Below are positions 1-12,904 of a stretch of 64,000 bases of DNA, one piece after another. This DNA comes from Octopus sinensis (Eukaryota), in NCBI RefSeq assembly GCF_006345805.1, contig NC_043004.1, positions 18,972,001 to 19,036,000 of the forward strand, read 5' to 3'. The notes under the pieces were generated by a model, which saw nothing but the letters and a program-made list of their open reading frames with translations, did no database searches and was not told where the DNA came from. Positions within the stretch are counted from its first letter, which is position 1, and each line of letters opens with the position of its first letter. The position numbers and the translations under genes are program-made.

Positions 1-178
1 CTACAAAAGTTGATGAGTGATTCGTGAATTTCACTGTTCCGCACAAAATTGCAAGGAACTCAAGAAAATATAAAAACAGCATAGTTGTCATTTCAATATA
101 CGCCAATGCACACATGTATGTATGTCTCTATGGTGTAATATGTACACTTCTTACTATATATATATATATATATATATA

Positions 179-355
179 CTGTTGTGTCTGGAGAGAGTCA
201 TTCTGTCTGAATAACGGACAGAGTCAAAACTATTGAAAAGGTTGCAAGACGCAACGAAATTTTTAGAAAAATAAAAAAGAAATGTGGAAATTTTACTGGT
301 GAGTGTGTTAAATCATAAGGCACTAAAAGAGAATGACTTTCCCCAGACACAACAG
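179..355. mobile_element. MITE with 26-bp terminal inverted repeats
   Basis: ctgttgtgtctggagagagtcattct (179-204) versus the reverse complement of agaatgactttccccagacacaacag (330-355): 24/26 match; TA on the left flank; no coding capacity. Confidence 0.75.
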
Positions 356-465
356 AATATGTTTCAACGCACGAACTCACATAAAGAATCTGGCAAACCA
401 AATCCCAAAACGATATATATATAAATATATATATTATATATATATATTTATATATATATACACAC

Positions 466-713
466 ACAAATGTCACGAAATGCGACTAAGATGTTAGGAA
501 ACATCTACATTGTCAGAAATAAGAGCTAAACAGCTCTAATATTATAGTTAACGGACATGAGTGAAACCATATACACTAACAGAGACTGTAATGGCCGAAA
601 AATTCCGCTCGAGAAGTCTTAATAATTGATGCATCATTTTCGGCGATTTCCGGTAGGTTCTTATTTCCAGCATACTGTTTCCTAACACCCTAGTGGCATT
701 TAGTGACATTTGT
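466..713. mobile_element. MITE with ~50-bp imperfect terminal inverted repeats
   Basis: acaaatgtcacgaaatgcgactaagatgttaggaaaca... pairs with ...tgtttcctaacaccctagtggcatttagtgacatttgt; gaaataaga/tcttatttc also pair internally. Confidence 0.7.
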
Positions 714-761
714 AATTTTCCTTATTGGTGAAACATTGTAAACTACCATCCATATTAATTG

Positions 762-792
<31 letters not shown>

Positions 793-807
793 ACATGTAT
801 ACATATA

Positions 808-1098
808 CGTGGTGTGATCAATAAGTATACGGACTATTGCCATAGTCCTTATAGTAAAGCTGCATGACACAGATTAACCTTGAACTTTATTGTGCAGGCA
901 CACTAAATTGTAAAATTCTAGCTCACTTCCGCTGTTTACAGCAGTGCTTGGAAGCAACGTGTGTAACGTGTGATCGCCGCATTGACCATGACGGAGAATT
1001 TTGAGAAGAGAATCGTCATGAAGCTTTTCTAAAAGCTTGGCGATACCTGCTCAGAGGCCTCCGCAAAAGTTTCAAAATATTTTAATCGTTCTAGACAC
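808..1098. mobile_element. Truncated mariner derivative (5' arm plus the chimeric junction seen in the 25413-26285 element)
   Basis: TA then TIR cgtggtgtgatcaataagtatacggact; transposase start ATGACGGAGAATTTTGAG; colinear with the reverse complement of 25981-26285. Confidence 0.8.
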
Positions 1099-1142
1099 AA
1101 GATGGGCTACAGCAAATATTCTGCTCAATACCACAGATTTGC

Positions 1143-1549
1143 TTGTCAGTTGTTTGACGCCTAACCAGTTGAGTATGCCCCTTAGTAGCTGAGGATATGT
1201 ACATCTCAGATCACGGGTGGAAGTAGTGGGGGAGCATCATAGTCATGTGTTGAGAGGAATTCTTTGAGGTTTGAATAATTCACCCTTGGAAACATGGGTG
1301 TTTCGTTCAACATCTTTAAACTACCCTTATGCAGGGACCTTTTGAGCAGGATGGGTTACTCGACCAGAAGAATATTCTAACTCGATCCCACCTGCAAGGT
1401 CAATTGCTGTTTATCTTGATATGAAATCATGTCGCACACATATGGTTGTGATGCATGTGCCTTATCAGAAGGGTAGTCATGATGGGTATACTGGGCTTCG
1501 TATATTTTACCCCAGTGTCACTTTGATGGCATGCTCTGCTCTCTCACTC
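1143..1549 (+). mobile_element. Probable 3' end/UTR of a non-LTR retroelement ending in an (AAT)n tail
   Basis: GC-richer complex sequence runs directly into the long (AAT)n array, as retroposon tails do; family not identifiable by translation. Confidence 0.45.
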
Positions 1550-1600
<51 letters not shown>

Positions 1601-1602
1601 CG

Positions 1603-1634
<32 letters not shown>

Positions 1635-1636
1635 CG

Positions 1637-1694
<58 letters not shown>

Positions 1695-1729
1695 TAATAA
1701 TAATAATAATAATGATAATAATAATAATG

Positions 1730-1794
<65 letters not shown>

Positions 1795-1819
1795 CGATAA
1801 TAATAATAATCAATAATAA
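1550..1819. repeat. (AAT)n microsatellite, ~270 bp, with AATCGAT/AATGAT interruptions
   Basis: Seen directly; explains the poly-N/Y/L/I ORFs at 1421-1853. Confidence 0.98.
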
Positions 1820-1919
1820 GCGATGCATCAAAATATTTATAAATTCCATTCATGAATTATTCCTATAACTATATAATACATTTACACAAAATTTGGGCTG
1901 CTTGCCGCTTGCAGAGCTT

Positions 1920-2745
1920 TCACACACACACACATACACACACACACACAAACACACACACGCTCGCGCGTGCGCGTGCGCGCTCGCAGCTGATACAAGG
2001 ATACACATAAATATGTTCAGTTCATGCCACATCTACGAGGACGTACGGACAGAGATGCACACACACACACATATCTACGCACATACACATACACATGCAC
2101 ACGCAGATACACAGACACACACAGAGACACACAAGAATACACAACAATACACACATACACGGACACCACGCATATGCATGTAGACACACGCGTGCACACA
2201 ATCATATACATACGCGGGCACATACACACATACACCGCACACAGGCACACACACACACACACACATGAACAGAGGCATGCACAACTACACGCGTACATAC
2301 AACCATCTACATGCACAGGTACACGCGCACACAATCACACACACACACACAAACACACTTAAAAATACAAACACATATACGTACGCAGATAATTCCACAC
2401 ACACACAAACGCGTACTCAGATGCTCACACACATACATTATACTCTCGCCGTCCTCCACACATGAAAGAACTACACACCACACACCATAATCCATACCAT
2501 AAAGCCCATCTACAGCAGAAAAGGCAAAAATAAACGATAAAGACTAAAGAATTAATCCTGAAAGATGTCCCGGATGGTTAACGTGCGTACGCTTACAAAC
2601 ACACTCATACGAGCAGTCGCATGGTCGTATACACATGACCACACCCACATACATACCCCCCACACACAGTCACACACACGCGAACGCATGCACGCGAACG
2701 CATGCACGCACGTACGCTCAAGTTCATACATACTCACACACACAC
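1920..2745. repeat. Degenerate CA-rich low-complexity tract
   Basis: Cryptic (CA)n/(CATA)/(CACG) mosaic; source of the HT/CV-rich ORFs. Confidence 0.9.
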
Positions 2746-2803
2746 AAATCTTTCCTTTATTCTCACTCTGAAACCCTATTCTAAACTACAGTCACATATA
2801 TAT

Positions 2804-3034
2804 ATTTCTTTACTACCCACAAGGGGCTAAACACAGAGGGGACAAACAAGGACAGACAAACAGAGTAAGTCGATTACATCGACCCCAGTGCGTAACTGGT
2901 ACTTAATTTATCGACCCCGAAAGGATGAAAGGCAAAGTCGACCTCGGCGGAATTTGAACTCGGAACGTAACGACAGACGAAATACGGCTACGCATTTCGC
3001 CCGGCGTGCTAACGTTTCTGACTGCTCGCTGTCT
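2804..3034 (-). mobile_element. tRNA-derived SINE, family A (full length)
   Basis: Reverse complement of the copy at 3053-3282; B-box-like gagttcaaattcc; conserved core cctttcggggtcgataaattaagtaccag. Confidence 0.9.
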
Positions 3035-3052
3035 AAGTGCCCATACATAATC

Positions 3053-3282
3053 GGCGGCGAGCTGGCAGAAACGTTAGCACACCGGGCGAAATGCTTAGCG
3101 GTATTGCGTCTGTCGTTGCGTTCTGAGTTCAAATTCCGCCGAGGTCGACTTTGCCTTTCATCCTTTCGGGGTCGATAAATTAAGTACAAGTTACGCACTG
3201 GGGTCGATGTAATCGACTTAATCCTTTGTCTGTCTTTGTTTGTCCCCTGTGTGTTTAGCCCCTTGTGGGCAATAAAGAAACA
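3053..3282 (+). mobile_element. tRNA-derived SINE, family A (full length)
   Basis: ggcggcgagctggcagaaacgttagc...ttctgagttcaaattccgccgaggtcgac...gggcaataaagaaa; several other copies in the window. Confidence 0.92.
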
Positions 3283-5004
3283 GATATAGAACTAGGTCTC
3301 AGACAGGTGAAAGCAGCCTTGGAAGCAAGTTAAGAGATCACGAGTCACTGAAAAGTTCTCAAGCGGCAAAGAAAAACTTTGACAAACAAACTGATTGACT
3401 GTTTAACCAACATGTTAAACAAATGATCGATTAATTAGTTGGATAGATACCTAGTCGATTGACTAGTAATAATGAAGTAGAATTGAACCTGAGCGTTTGT
3501 TATTATTATTGGCGTAGTGGTTCTCCTAACACAATAAAATGTATTTCAACATTCACATCAAGAGCCTTGCAATCCATATACAAAAACGAAATCTGTGTGT
3601 GTGTGTGTGTGCGTGAGAGTATGTTTTGTTTTTGAGTTTCATTTAAGTTCTTAAGAGAGTTCCCAATGATTGTAAATATCTGATTGAGTTGGTGTATAGG
3701 TTGAGCTACCGATGCTGTTGGGGTGTATGTATGTATGTATGCAAGTAAGTATGTATGTATATATGTATGTATACATACATATATCTATCTGTTTATATAT
3801 GTGTCACACACATAGATATAAACAGATAGATAGATATATGTGAGACTGGAAATAGCTGACGAAATAAGACTACATAATCCCCTTCTGTCTTTTTTTTTTT
3901 GTTATTTAGACCGCATTTTATGCTCCATGTAAATATGTTTGAAGCCTAACTTGGGTTATCTATTTTATTTTCTCTCTTTTCCCCCTCTCTCTCTCCCTCC
4001 CTTTCTCTCTCCCCTCTCTCTTTTTCTCTACCTATCTATCTCTATGTATGAAGGTGTTTTTAACGAGCATTTTCCTCATGGAAAAAACATGCCAATAATC
4101 CACAATGTGAGTTATAAACATCATTCAAGAATGCAAGTTGTAAATTTCAAGACTCCAACTGCTATATTGGTTGTGCAGATATACTCTACAGGACCCTTTA
4201 ACATACAGAATATTAGCAATGATAAAAGCAATAGCCATAATACATTAATATTATAAAATAATAAACACAGAAACGTTAACACGCAAATCATAAATAGAAA
4301 TAATATCGGATTAGTGTATGCTGAAACTTTACGATATCAAAAGAGCAGCAAGAATCTCGTACTAGAAGATGATAAAAAGACGTTAAACTCGAACACGGTC
4401 AGGCATTCAGTACAGGCATAACACAACACGCATACGTGCGTGCACACTGACGCAGATACACACGCGCACGCGCGAACTGTACCTGTTATAATTATAAATG
4501 ATTCATTTATATGAAAACACACCAAAATTATATGAACACATTTATATGAAAACCCTCAAAAATTAGTTGCTAAAAATATTTGTCATGAAAAATGCAGCCA
4601 ATATTCAACAACTTTCTGGCTGAAAACATACAAATCGTTCCAATACAAAAAATAGAAAGCTTTATTTACAACAATCTGATAGAAGGTATATTGTTCAAAA
4701 ATATTCAAAGATAGAAGGTAATCTCATTACCAGCCTAAAATGCAGCTCATATTTCAATTAACGCGCCACTCAATTCATAATATAATGCAAAACAATTCTG
4801 TCATAGATGGAAAGGCCACCTCCGGCGAGTCAAATAGCTGGCTATATTTTTATTAATATTATACAAACAAGTGAACATTGAATTTTATACAATTGTATAA
4901 GCTTCTCTACCAGATTATGTTTCAACTAAGAATATTCCTATAAAAGATACCATACACACACACACAGACACACACACTCACACACACACATGTATGTATT
5001 TATA

Positions 5005-6165
5005 CAGGGTCTTGCTGATAAATTGAGACCAATTTTAAGTTGTTGACGTAGTGGATTTAACATTTCATCTTTTCACAAAACTTTGCTTCCTTGAAAATCG
5101 AATCCCCTTCTTTAACTTTTAGATAAATAGCGAATTCATTCGACAAAAGTAAGTCATAGAAGAACAGAATCATTCCGCCATTGTTACTTTGGCACGCACC
5201 GGGCACGCTGCCAATAAAATTGTTAAGTCGACGAAACTTTCAAAAGCAACAATTTATTGTGTATATAAACAATTTAAAGAAGAGGGAAAGATTGATACAA
5301 AAGAATACTCGAAGTGATTCCAAGCACATTCCAAAGTTTTTCGATGGCCTCAAACACAAGATTGGAACCAACCCATCTACACTCATGGCAACTCTTGCAA
5401 AGAAACGCAATGTGTCCCTTTCCACGGTATCCAGAGCTGTGAACAGGAACCTTGGCATGACTAGCTATATTCGACGACTCCGTCAATTCTTCACAGCCAA
5501 GGCCAAAGCAGTCAGAGCTGAGAGATGCCCAAAAGTTCCGTCATTCATCAAGCATCAAGGTACAAGAAAAACTCACGTGTTTGTGAACGAGAAGTTTGCT
5601 GTCGACGCTAACGTGAATCGCATCCCGCCCAACTGTGTTTGAGACAAATAATCCTACCTCTGTGATGGTATTTGCAGTGGTGCTAAGTGATGGAAGTGTT
5701 ATAGATTCACACTTCATTGAGTCTGTCTTGAAAATCCGTACAAAGGAGTATCTGAACATCCTGAAGAACTCTTTGCTACCTTTGATGGAGTAGGAGTTTC
5801 GGCTTGACAACATGGGGCTCATCCAGGATTCTGCACCATGCTATGGGTCAGAAGCAATACCGGTCTTCTTTGGTGAGAAAATGTCATTTTTTGAGGGCCA
5901 ATATCTGGGCCAGTAACATTCCAGATCTCGACCTTCTCAAGAAGGACCAATGCTTCACGACACTCGAGTTTCAACAGTTTGAAAACCAGCATCATGCGCG
6001 CGAAACAAAATGAAAAAGGCGGGGGTTGTGGCAGCTGTAAAAAAAATTCTTTCTCGTGTGAAAGCAGTATTCTCAAAAGGCGATCATATTGAGTGATAAA
6101 TGTTTTTGTTATAATAAATGTTACATCAAAATTATACCGGTCTACTACCATTAAGTAAAGCACTA
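5005..6165 (+). mobile_element. Decayed Tc1/mariner-superfamily transposon (maT/DD37D-like transposase pseudogene)
   Basis: ORF 5181-5642 has an HTH and NLGMTSYIRR..VFVNEKF (first catalytic D region). Later frames give QDSAPCY, IWASNIPDL (cf. WPxNSPDL) and terminal KGDHIE*. Degenerate TIR cagggtc...gagacc / ggtctac...cactata. Confidence 0.8.
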
Positions 6166-6218
6166 TATTAATTAATGACCGACAAGGGGCGGTAAGTCCA
6201 TTTGCTAATAAGCCACCC

Positions 6219-6265
<47 letters not shown>

Positions 6266-6268
<3 letters not shown>

Positions 6269-6384
6269 CCTGCTCGCTTAGCCAGACGGGTGGTGTCATT
6301 CGAAGGCTAAAACAATGCGAACGCATTGTGACCAGCGATGTGTAACTACATCTGATGGACTGGTCGGTCACGTGATCACGTGAT
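6266..6384 (+). repeat. Interspersed repeat fragment (SINE-like 3' part) between TA runs
   Basis: Complex 120-bp block ending gtcacgtgatcacgtgat; recalled as a common octopus repeat, with no second copy in the window. Confidence 0.45.
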
Positions 6385-6429
6385 ATATATATAGTTAATC
6401 CAAACAAGAAAGCACAAAAAAAAAACACA

Positions 6430-6640
6430 ACGCGAGGACGTGGAACAAATATAGTATTATTGGACGCTCAGGAAAGAAGCTCTTCGTCAGAAACATAGGA
6501 GAAGGAAAGATCCGGAGAAGGGAAGACAGAGGAAAAAAAATCGCCAACGGTACACACGCGGTCACATTTTGAATGACCGGAAGGAAATGGGTGAAGAAAA
6601 GTTCTTTCAAAGACAGGAGAGTGCAAGAAGAGGTATGTGT
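6430..6640 (-). mobile_element. Penelope-like terminal repeat fragment with half of a hammerhead core
   Basis: Minus strand gtttCTGACGAagagc with the GAAA half missing; purine-rich flank. Family assignment is inference. Confidence 0.4.
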
Positions 6641-7816
6641 GTGTAAGTGGGGATATGTGCCTGCGCGGAGGTCTGCGTGTGCGTGTGTGTGTATATGTGT
6701 ATGTGTGCAATGATAAAACGTGTGTGTGTGTGTGCGTGTGTGTGTGTAAGTGTGTGTGGTTGTGGCTGTTAATCTTTGCGTGTTGTAGGGCTTAGTAGTG
6801 TTTAAGGTCAAGGAAGAAGGAATTGGGAGTGGCTCCTTTTGTATCTACCCCAGGTCAGTAGTAGGTAATGCTAGTTTGAAGTATGTGTGTGTGTGCGTGT
6901 ATGTATATGTATCGTGTGTGTGTTTTGTTTGTAGTGTGTGTGTGTGTATGTATGTGTGTGTTCGTGTGTGTGTGCGAGTTTGGTTGTGTGGCGAATAATT
7001 ATGCTTTACTTAGTGTATGTGTGCGTGGGTGCTTGTACGTGCGTATGTGTGTATACATGTATGTATAATTGTGTGCGTGTATGTATAATTGTGTGCCGTG
7101 TGTATGGGATGTATGTGTGGGTTCATTTGTGTGTGTGTGTGTGTATATATGTATGTGCGTGTACGTGTGCAACTAAAATATTTGCGCTAAGCAGTGTTTA
7201 GACTACTTAAAATATGTTTGTGACATATTTCAACTGCTAAAAGGCAAATTCACTGCAGTTACGCGAAGAAAATTTTCTCTTGTGATAAATATTATATCTG
7301 TCCCATGATTCCCATCGATGTTTCTTGCTATGGAGTAGAAACATAGCAATAGGAAATACCTAAGAGAGGCAACTCTGGACAGACCTTATTAAAGCGATAG
7401 CTTTAGTTTAAACTACAGTCAACAACATTGACCGATTTGCGCCAGTAGACCACCATGTCGAGGAAATGACTGAAATATTAGCACCAAGCAGCGTTTAGGC
7501 ATTATCAATGTTTAGGTTAGTCAAAATATGTTTGTGACATATTTGAACTGCTAAAAGGCAACTTCACTAACATTTCGGTAATTTCCACGACCTACTCAAT
7601 GTTTAGAACTCCATGTAACTCTGTTTATTTTCAAATTTCACTCGAGTATTAATTACATTTAACTTCTCCGAATTTCCTTTTGGTATTGTCATGAAGAAGA
7701 AATAACGTTGTCGATCACGAGACTAATTTGAATCGTGCTGCATGTTTTTCCTTGTTTTGTGCGTCTTTTCTGTGAGGTGGATGATTTGAACTTGTAATGA
7801 AACGCGCGCAGTATCA

Positions 7817-8029
7817 GTTGGTGACATAAAGAACGCTGTATGTGAAGTCGGTGACGTAAAGAACGCGGAGTGTGAAGATGACAACGTAAGGAATGTGGAG
7901 TGTGAACATGGCAGCGTAAATAAAACAGTGAAAAGACAGTCAGTGTGAAGTTGGTTAAGAAAACTGTCCGTGTGAATTTGGCAACGAAGATAGTCGGTGT
8001 GAAGATACAACGTGATAAGTTGAAGTGAA
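7817..8029 (+). repeat. Degenerate 30/27-bp minisatellite with units ending tgtgaa
   Basis: Three 30-mers (VGDIKNAVCE/VGDVKNAECE/DDNVRNVECE), then a 43-nt unit and 27-mers containing stops. Confidence 0.8.
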
Positions 8030-9218
8030 CCCGAGCAACGAAGAACTACATAACACAAGACAAATAGTCGGGTACGACTATTTCTACCTCTCTAAGTAAG
8101 TTAAGCTTGCTGGACTGGCCTGCAGTTTCCTAGCTGCTGACTTGGCTGTTGGAGCCGTGTTGGTGTCAGGAGACCGTATTTTGCAACAATATTATATATC
8201 CATTTGCGTAACTTACAGAGAGTATGTCCGAAAGCAAGATAAAACATGTGAAAGAATTAGCTTATCTTCTTTATTATGATATAAATTATTTGATTATTTA
8301 TAAGTATTTCACTAGTAAGTAGTAATATGTTATGTGGTAAACATTATGTAGACGCTTGTATAATTACCTCTGAAACACTAGATTTTCAGACGAGAGTAAT
8401 TTAATAATTATTTACCATATAGATTGACAAGGCGAAGTTAGGACAACCATTATACGGTAAATGACAATCATCACAATCTTTACATCAACAACCACACAAG
8501 CAGACGCATGTACAATAGTAAATAATACTATAATAATAAGATTATCCACCTCGCGCACATGTGCACCAAAACTTATACTTACTAATCCTCCAGAAAAACA
8601 TCGTTAGCATTCCTCAACAATAACACTGTGTTGGGATGCATAACACTATTGATATGTACAGATGGTCCACGAAACTTGCATCCATAGCGAGAACAAGTAT
8701 GCAAAAGTTTCTCCGGACAAAGGAAATAGAACATTAACTACAAGCACGTTCTATTTACAAAATAGCAATAATTCTCATTGTAGTAGCATTATATTCAATA
8801 TTTGACTAGGCATAACATTCGCATAGTAGTTCGTCCACAATCCAGCGCATGTAAGTGGTAAATAGGCAATTTGCGTATTTTATGGAACTATATAACTTGC
8901 ATCGGTCCATGGAACTATATTACTTGTATTGGTCAATACGCTTTTTTACAATAATTCTTATGCCCTTATTTTGTATCGTGACATAAGAAAGGAGCAGAAC
9001 TAAGGAATTTAAAGCCATTGGACTTTAAATGTGCCACAATTGAATGGACTCTGATCTTCAAGAGTGATGAGGGGTTTCCACATTTTATTTTACCTTTTCC
9101 GTTCGTTCATCATTTCCATGTGCCATTTCAATTAACCCCATATATATGAGTGTGTGAGTGTGTGTGTGTGCGTGCGTGTGTGCGTGCGTGTGTGTGAATG
9201 CATGTATTTGTGTGTGTG

Positions 9219-9255
<37 letters not shown>

Positions 9256-10559
9256 CTGTGTGTCTGTGTCTGTGTGTATATATATACAATCACGCATACT
9301 TACATACATATGTTTAAAATTATCTTTAACTAGCATTATGACCCGGCGTTGCCGGGTCATAGTGCTAGTGCAGTTATATATGTGTATATATATGTGTACA
9401 TATTACATGTACATCTATATATATACATCTACACATAAAATACAAAATACAATGTTATATCTTGATATCGCTAGTGATAACAATACTCAAAATATATAAC
9501 AGACTGGAATTGTAGGCCCGTCTCTTGCAATTTCGATCAATTGTATATTGTCCTCCCTCTTGTATAGAAGTGTGGCTACAATTCAGCCTACCTCTACTTC
9601 TGGGGGTGGGGGGTTAAATTTTTATCCGGGACGTCCTACGTCCCAGATAAAAAGGTAAAAATAAAATATTTCCACTTTGCAAGGTTCGAGTCGAGTACTC
9701 CCTTGCACAATCCGTTGACTCTAACCTTGCTTCTATTGTAGCGAATTTACCGCCTCTGGTTAGATATTTGATATCTTTCATAGTCGCACCAAGACGCTTT
9801 TCGGTGTTCAATTTTTTTTCTCTCTACATTGTATACTTTATAGACAATAGTATTTTCTTTAATTTAATTTTTTATTTCGCTTGGTGGTGTTATACTAGAT
9901 TCACCGTCTTTGTCGGTGATCAATCCGAAATAGATTTGTATTTCTTCCATTTTAATTTTAATGAGTTTGCGCCCGCCGACGGCTGCAGCGAAATTCATTT
10001 TTGGACTATTTTCTATCGAGGGCATTTTAACAAAAATGCTTCCGTATAAACGGTGAAAATATTGTCAATTTCCCCAAACAGGGAGACAATTCAATTTTTA
10101 AACAATAACCAAGCTCCTTCTCCCAAAGGGGGGGGGGTACGGTTTATAATTATTTAACAAATGCAACACAACAACGTTTCCCTTACGAGGAACCAACAAA
10201 CGTGATAACAATAGTTAAACAGTAATAATAATAACAACAAACCTTACGGTGATTCAAAAAGCAGTACGCAGTTGAAGCTATAGTCCTTTATGTATAAGAA
10301 ATAAACCAACAGCAGTACTCAGTAGAATCGGCTGTTTGAGAAAACAGACCTTACATACAGCTAAACTTCATATAGATACTCAATACTAGCTAATTAGCAG
10401 ATAATCTAATATAAAAGCCATGGTAAAGGGAATGTGCACAGCTCCATCTGGACTATTCCATTTCTGCGCGTTAATTTTATTTTTTATTTATTCCCATTCA
10501 TGTGAAACCACTTACTCAAGTTCAAGTCATTGATGCAATTTTATACCAATTGCTATTTT

Positions 10560-10902
10560 TACTTTTAATTGTTATATTACGATTTAATTATCATATTATA
10601 CTTTAGTTTGATTTTAATTATTGCTTACTACATATAATTCAATTGTTGAAGTGAAAGTATCTGACATAAAATAGAGAAATGTTTTTGTTTCACTTTTAAC
10701 ATGTAATACTGAAATAGTGGAGAAGATATGATATTGCTATGGGCTCGCCCTAGGCAAGAAGTTGGACATTTTTTTTGCCGATGACACTCCCCGGACCCTA
10801 AGTAAGGCATGTGTAAAATTTGAATGAAATTGGTTGTGTAGTTCTCAAGTTTTAGGGAAACACACAGACAGACACACATTCTCAGTTTTATATATAGAGA
10901 GA
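10560..10902 (-). mobile_element. Non-autonomous Helitron-like element, 5' part
   Basis: Minus strand starts A|TCTCTCTATATATAAAACTGAGAATGTGTGTCTGTCTGTG, the 5'-TC, tatatataaa, (CTGT)n layout of Lep1/HINE-type helitrons. Left boundary uncertain. Confidence 0.55.
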
Positions 10903-12161
10903 TTGCTGATAACTTTGTTGAATGGGTCCTTTAATATCCTTTGTAATAATTTTAGACTAATCTCCTTTTATCAACAAACTCTGTAACAACATTCAAATGC
11001 TTTTTGCAGAAATGCAATGGATAAAGATCCCAAACTCTGCCCTACGTGCATCTACATGCCAAGAAACTTTAGTGAGTAATGGCTCAGCCGATTGGATTTC
11101 TATTTGAGAACCAGGTGTCTGAATTAATTACCATAAGTTCAATATATAAATCAATAAACGAAATGATGCTGTCGCTTTATATTTGTATCTCTATTGTTTT
11201 AGAGGCATTAATTATATGAAAACGTATTCATCCGGAAAACTAAGTTTCACACGTCTAAAAACATATTTTATTAGTGAAGAATAAATCAGATTGTATTGTT
11301 TGTATCATTTAGCACCCATCATGTCTATATGTTTGATAAAAAGTTAATCGGCATTATACTCATAACGTACAATCTAACACTCAATCGATTACACCATCAC
11401 TTGATAGAAAGTAGGTATTTTTTCGAGTCAAATCAAATCGATACAATACATCGTTAGCATATTAGCACCGTCATTACACATACATCTCATCAATAAATAA
11501 TAGCATACAAGTACATATAAAAACGTAACCCATGTAACATATGTTGACGTGATGTTACAACATTAAGGGTTATGTTCAAAGTGGGAAATTTCGATTTCAT
11601 TGCTGATTTGCATATTGTGTCTTGTGAGTACTGTATTTTATATAATGTGTTTGTCGTATACTGCTAAAGATAATTTATTTCTAAAATGCGTGTCTATGTG
11701 TTTGATTGCGTGTGAGTGTATGCACACATTCGTTATATTTCGCTATTTCTCTCCACCTTTCTGTCTACCTCTTTCTTCATATATATACGCACACGCGCGC
11801 GCACACACACTCACACATGCACACGCGCATACCTACGCATATACACTTACACACTCACGCACACACACACATACACAGATACATACATACATGTGGAAGT
11901 GCGTGGGTTAATTGGCACTGTATTCCTATCATAGTCGTAGGATGATGCTTTTGATTCATGGATGCGTAGTGTTCTTCCGCAAAACACTTCATATCACGTC
12001 GCACCAGTTCACTCAACCGGTAAAAATGAATAATTCTGCAACGGACCGGTGTCATTTATAGCAGAGTGAAAATATATACACTACAGCATCCGGAAGACCG
12101 GCCTTTTTAGCTTAAGGTCCGAGAATGTTATTTGATCCTTTTTGATATACATACATCCATA

Positions 12162-12360
12162 TTTTCTTTTTAAAGGTGTAGCGTTTGTAAGAGTCTAGAT
12201 TGAATTGATATATCGGTTCCATTCTAGCAAAAACTGTCTGATGAACGGCAACGAGAAACTCAGAGTAACAGATTTTGTTGAATTTTCTGCTGCTTTAAAT
12301 AAAGCATATTACTCTACCGCTGGTATTTGAGTACTCTTTTTTCCACCTTGTTTCACATTT
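12162..12360 (+). mobile_element. Ribozyme-bearing interspersed repeat (probable Penelope pseudo-LTR/retrozyme-like)
   Basis: 12162-12304 matches the reverse complement of 58868-59010 with about 6 differences, none inside the ribozyme. Confidence 0.7.
12228..12277 (+). ncRNA. Minimal type I hammerhead ribozyme candidate (family H1)
   Basis: Stem I caaaa(a)ctgt/acag(a)ttttg; core CTGATGA 12238-44; stem II cg-GCAA-cg flanked by A.A; GAAA 12255-58; stem III ACTC-A-GAGT; GUA site with cleavage after 12267. Hand-folded only. Confidence 0.75.
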
Positions 12361-12373
12361 ATGTGTTTACTCC

Positions 12374-12435
<62 letters not shown>

Positions 12436-12781
12436 CGTGTGTGTGTGTGTGTGTGTATGTGTGTGTGTGTGTATATATATATTCAACTATTGTCATGACT
12501 CCAATTAGAGCATAGAAAAGCTTTTCATCTGTCTTTGTTCTTCAGTAATGGATTGTAGTTTTCTCCTCGTGCAGTCTGCTGCACTTCACTCTCCCTCGGA
12601 ATATCCATTGGAGAGTTTGCCTTGTAATGTCGGAAACAGCTTCCCGTAAGGTGTTTCCACAGTCTACTGCATTTCCTTCACTTCTTCTGGGTTTCGACAA
12701 GTTGCTGGGTTGCCTGTTCCATCAAGCCTTTATTTGTGAGTCTCTGTCTGTCTGTCTCTGTCTGTCTGTTTGTCTGTCTGC

Positions 12782-12871
12782 CTCTCTCTCTCTCTCTATC
12801 ACTCTCTCTCGTAATCACTCTCTCTCTCTCTATCACTCTCTCCCTCTATCACTCTCTCTCTCTCTTTATCA

Positions 12872-12904
<33 letters not shown>

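Noticed and set aside
2888-3198. Near-identical ORFs MRNWYLIYRPRKDERQSRPRR on both strands (also at 19164)
   Set aside because: Antisense reading of SINE family A; the symmetry comes from the inverted pair.
8106-8278. LAGLACSFLAADLAVGAVLV resembling GPCR TM2
   Set aside because: Short, no credible acceptor, and no other transmembrane exons.
11941-12734. Plus-strand exon candidates at 11941-12019 and 12574-12734
   Set aside because: Their phases are incompatible with each other and the peptides are unrecognisable.
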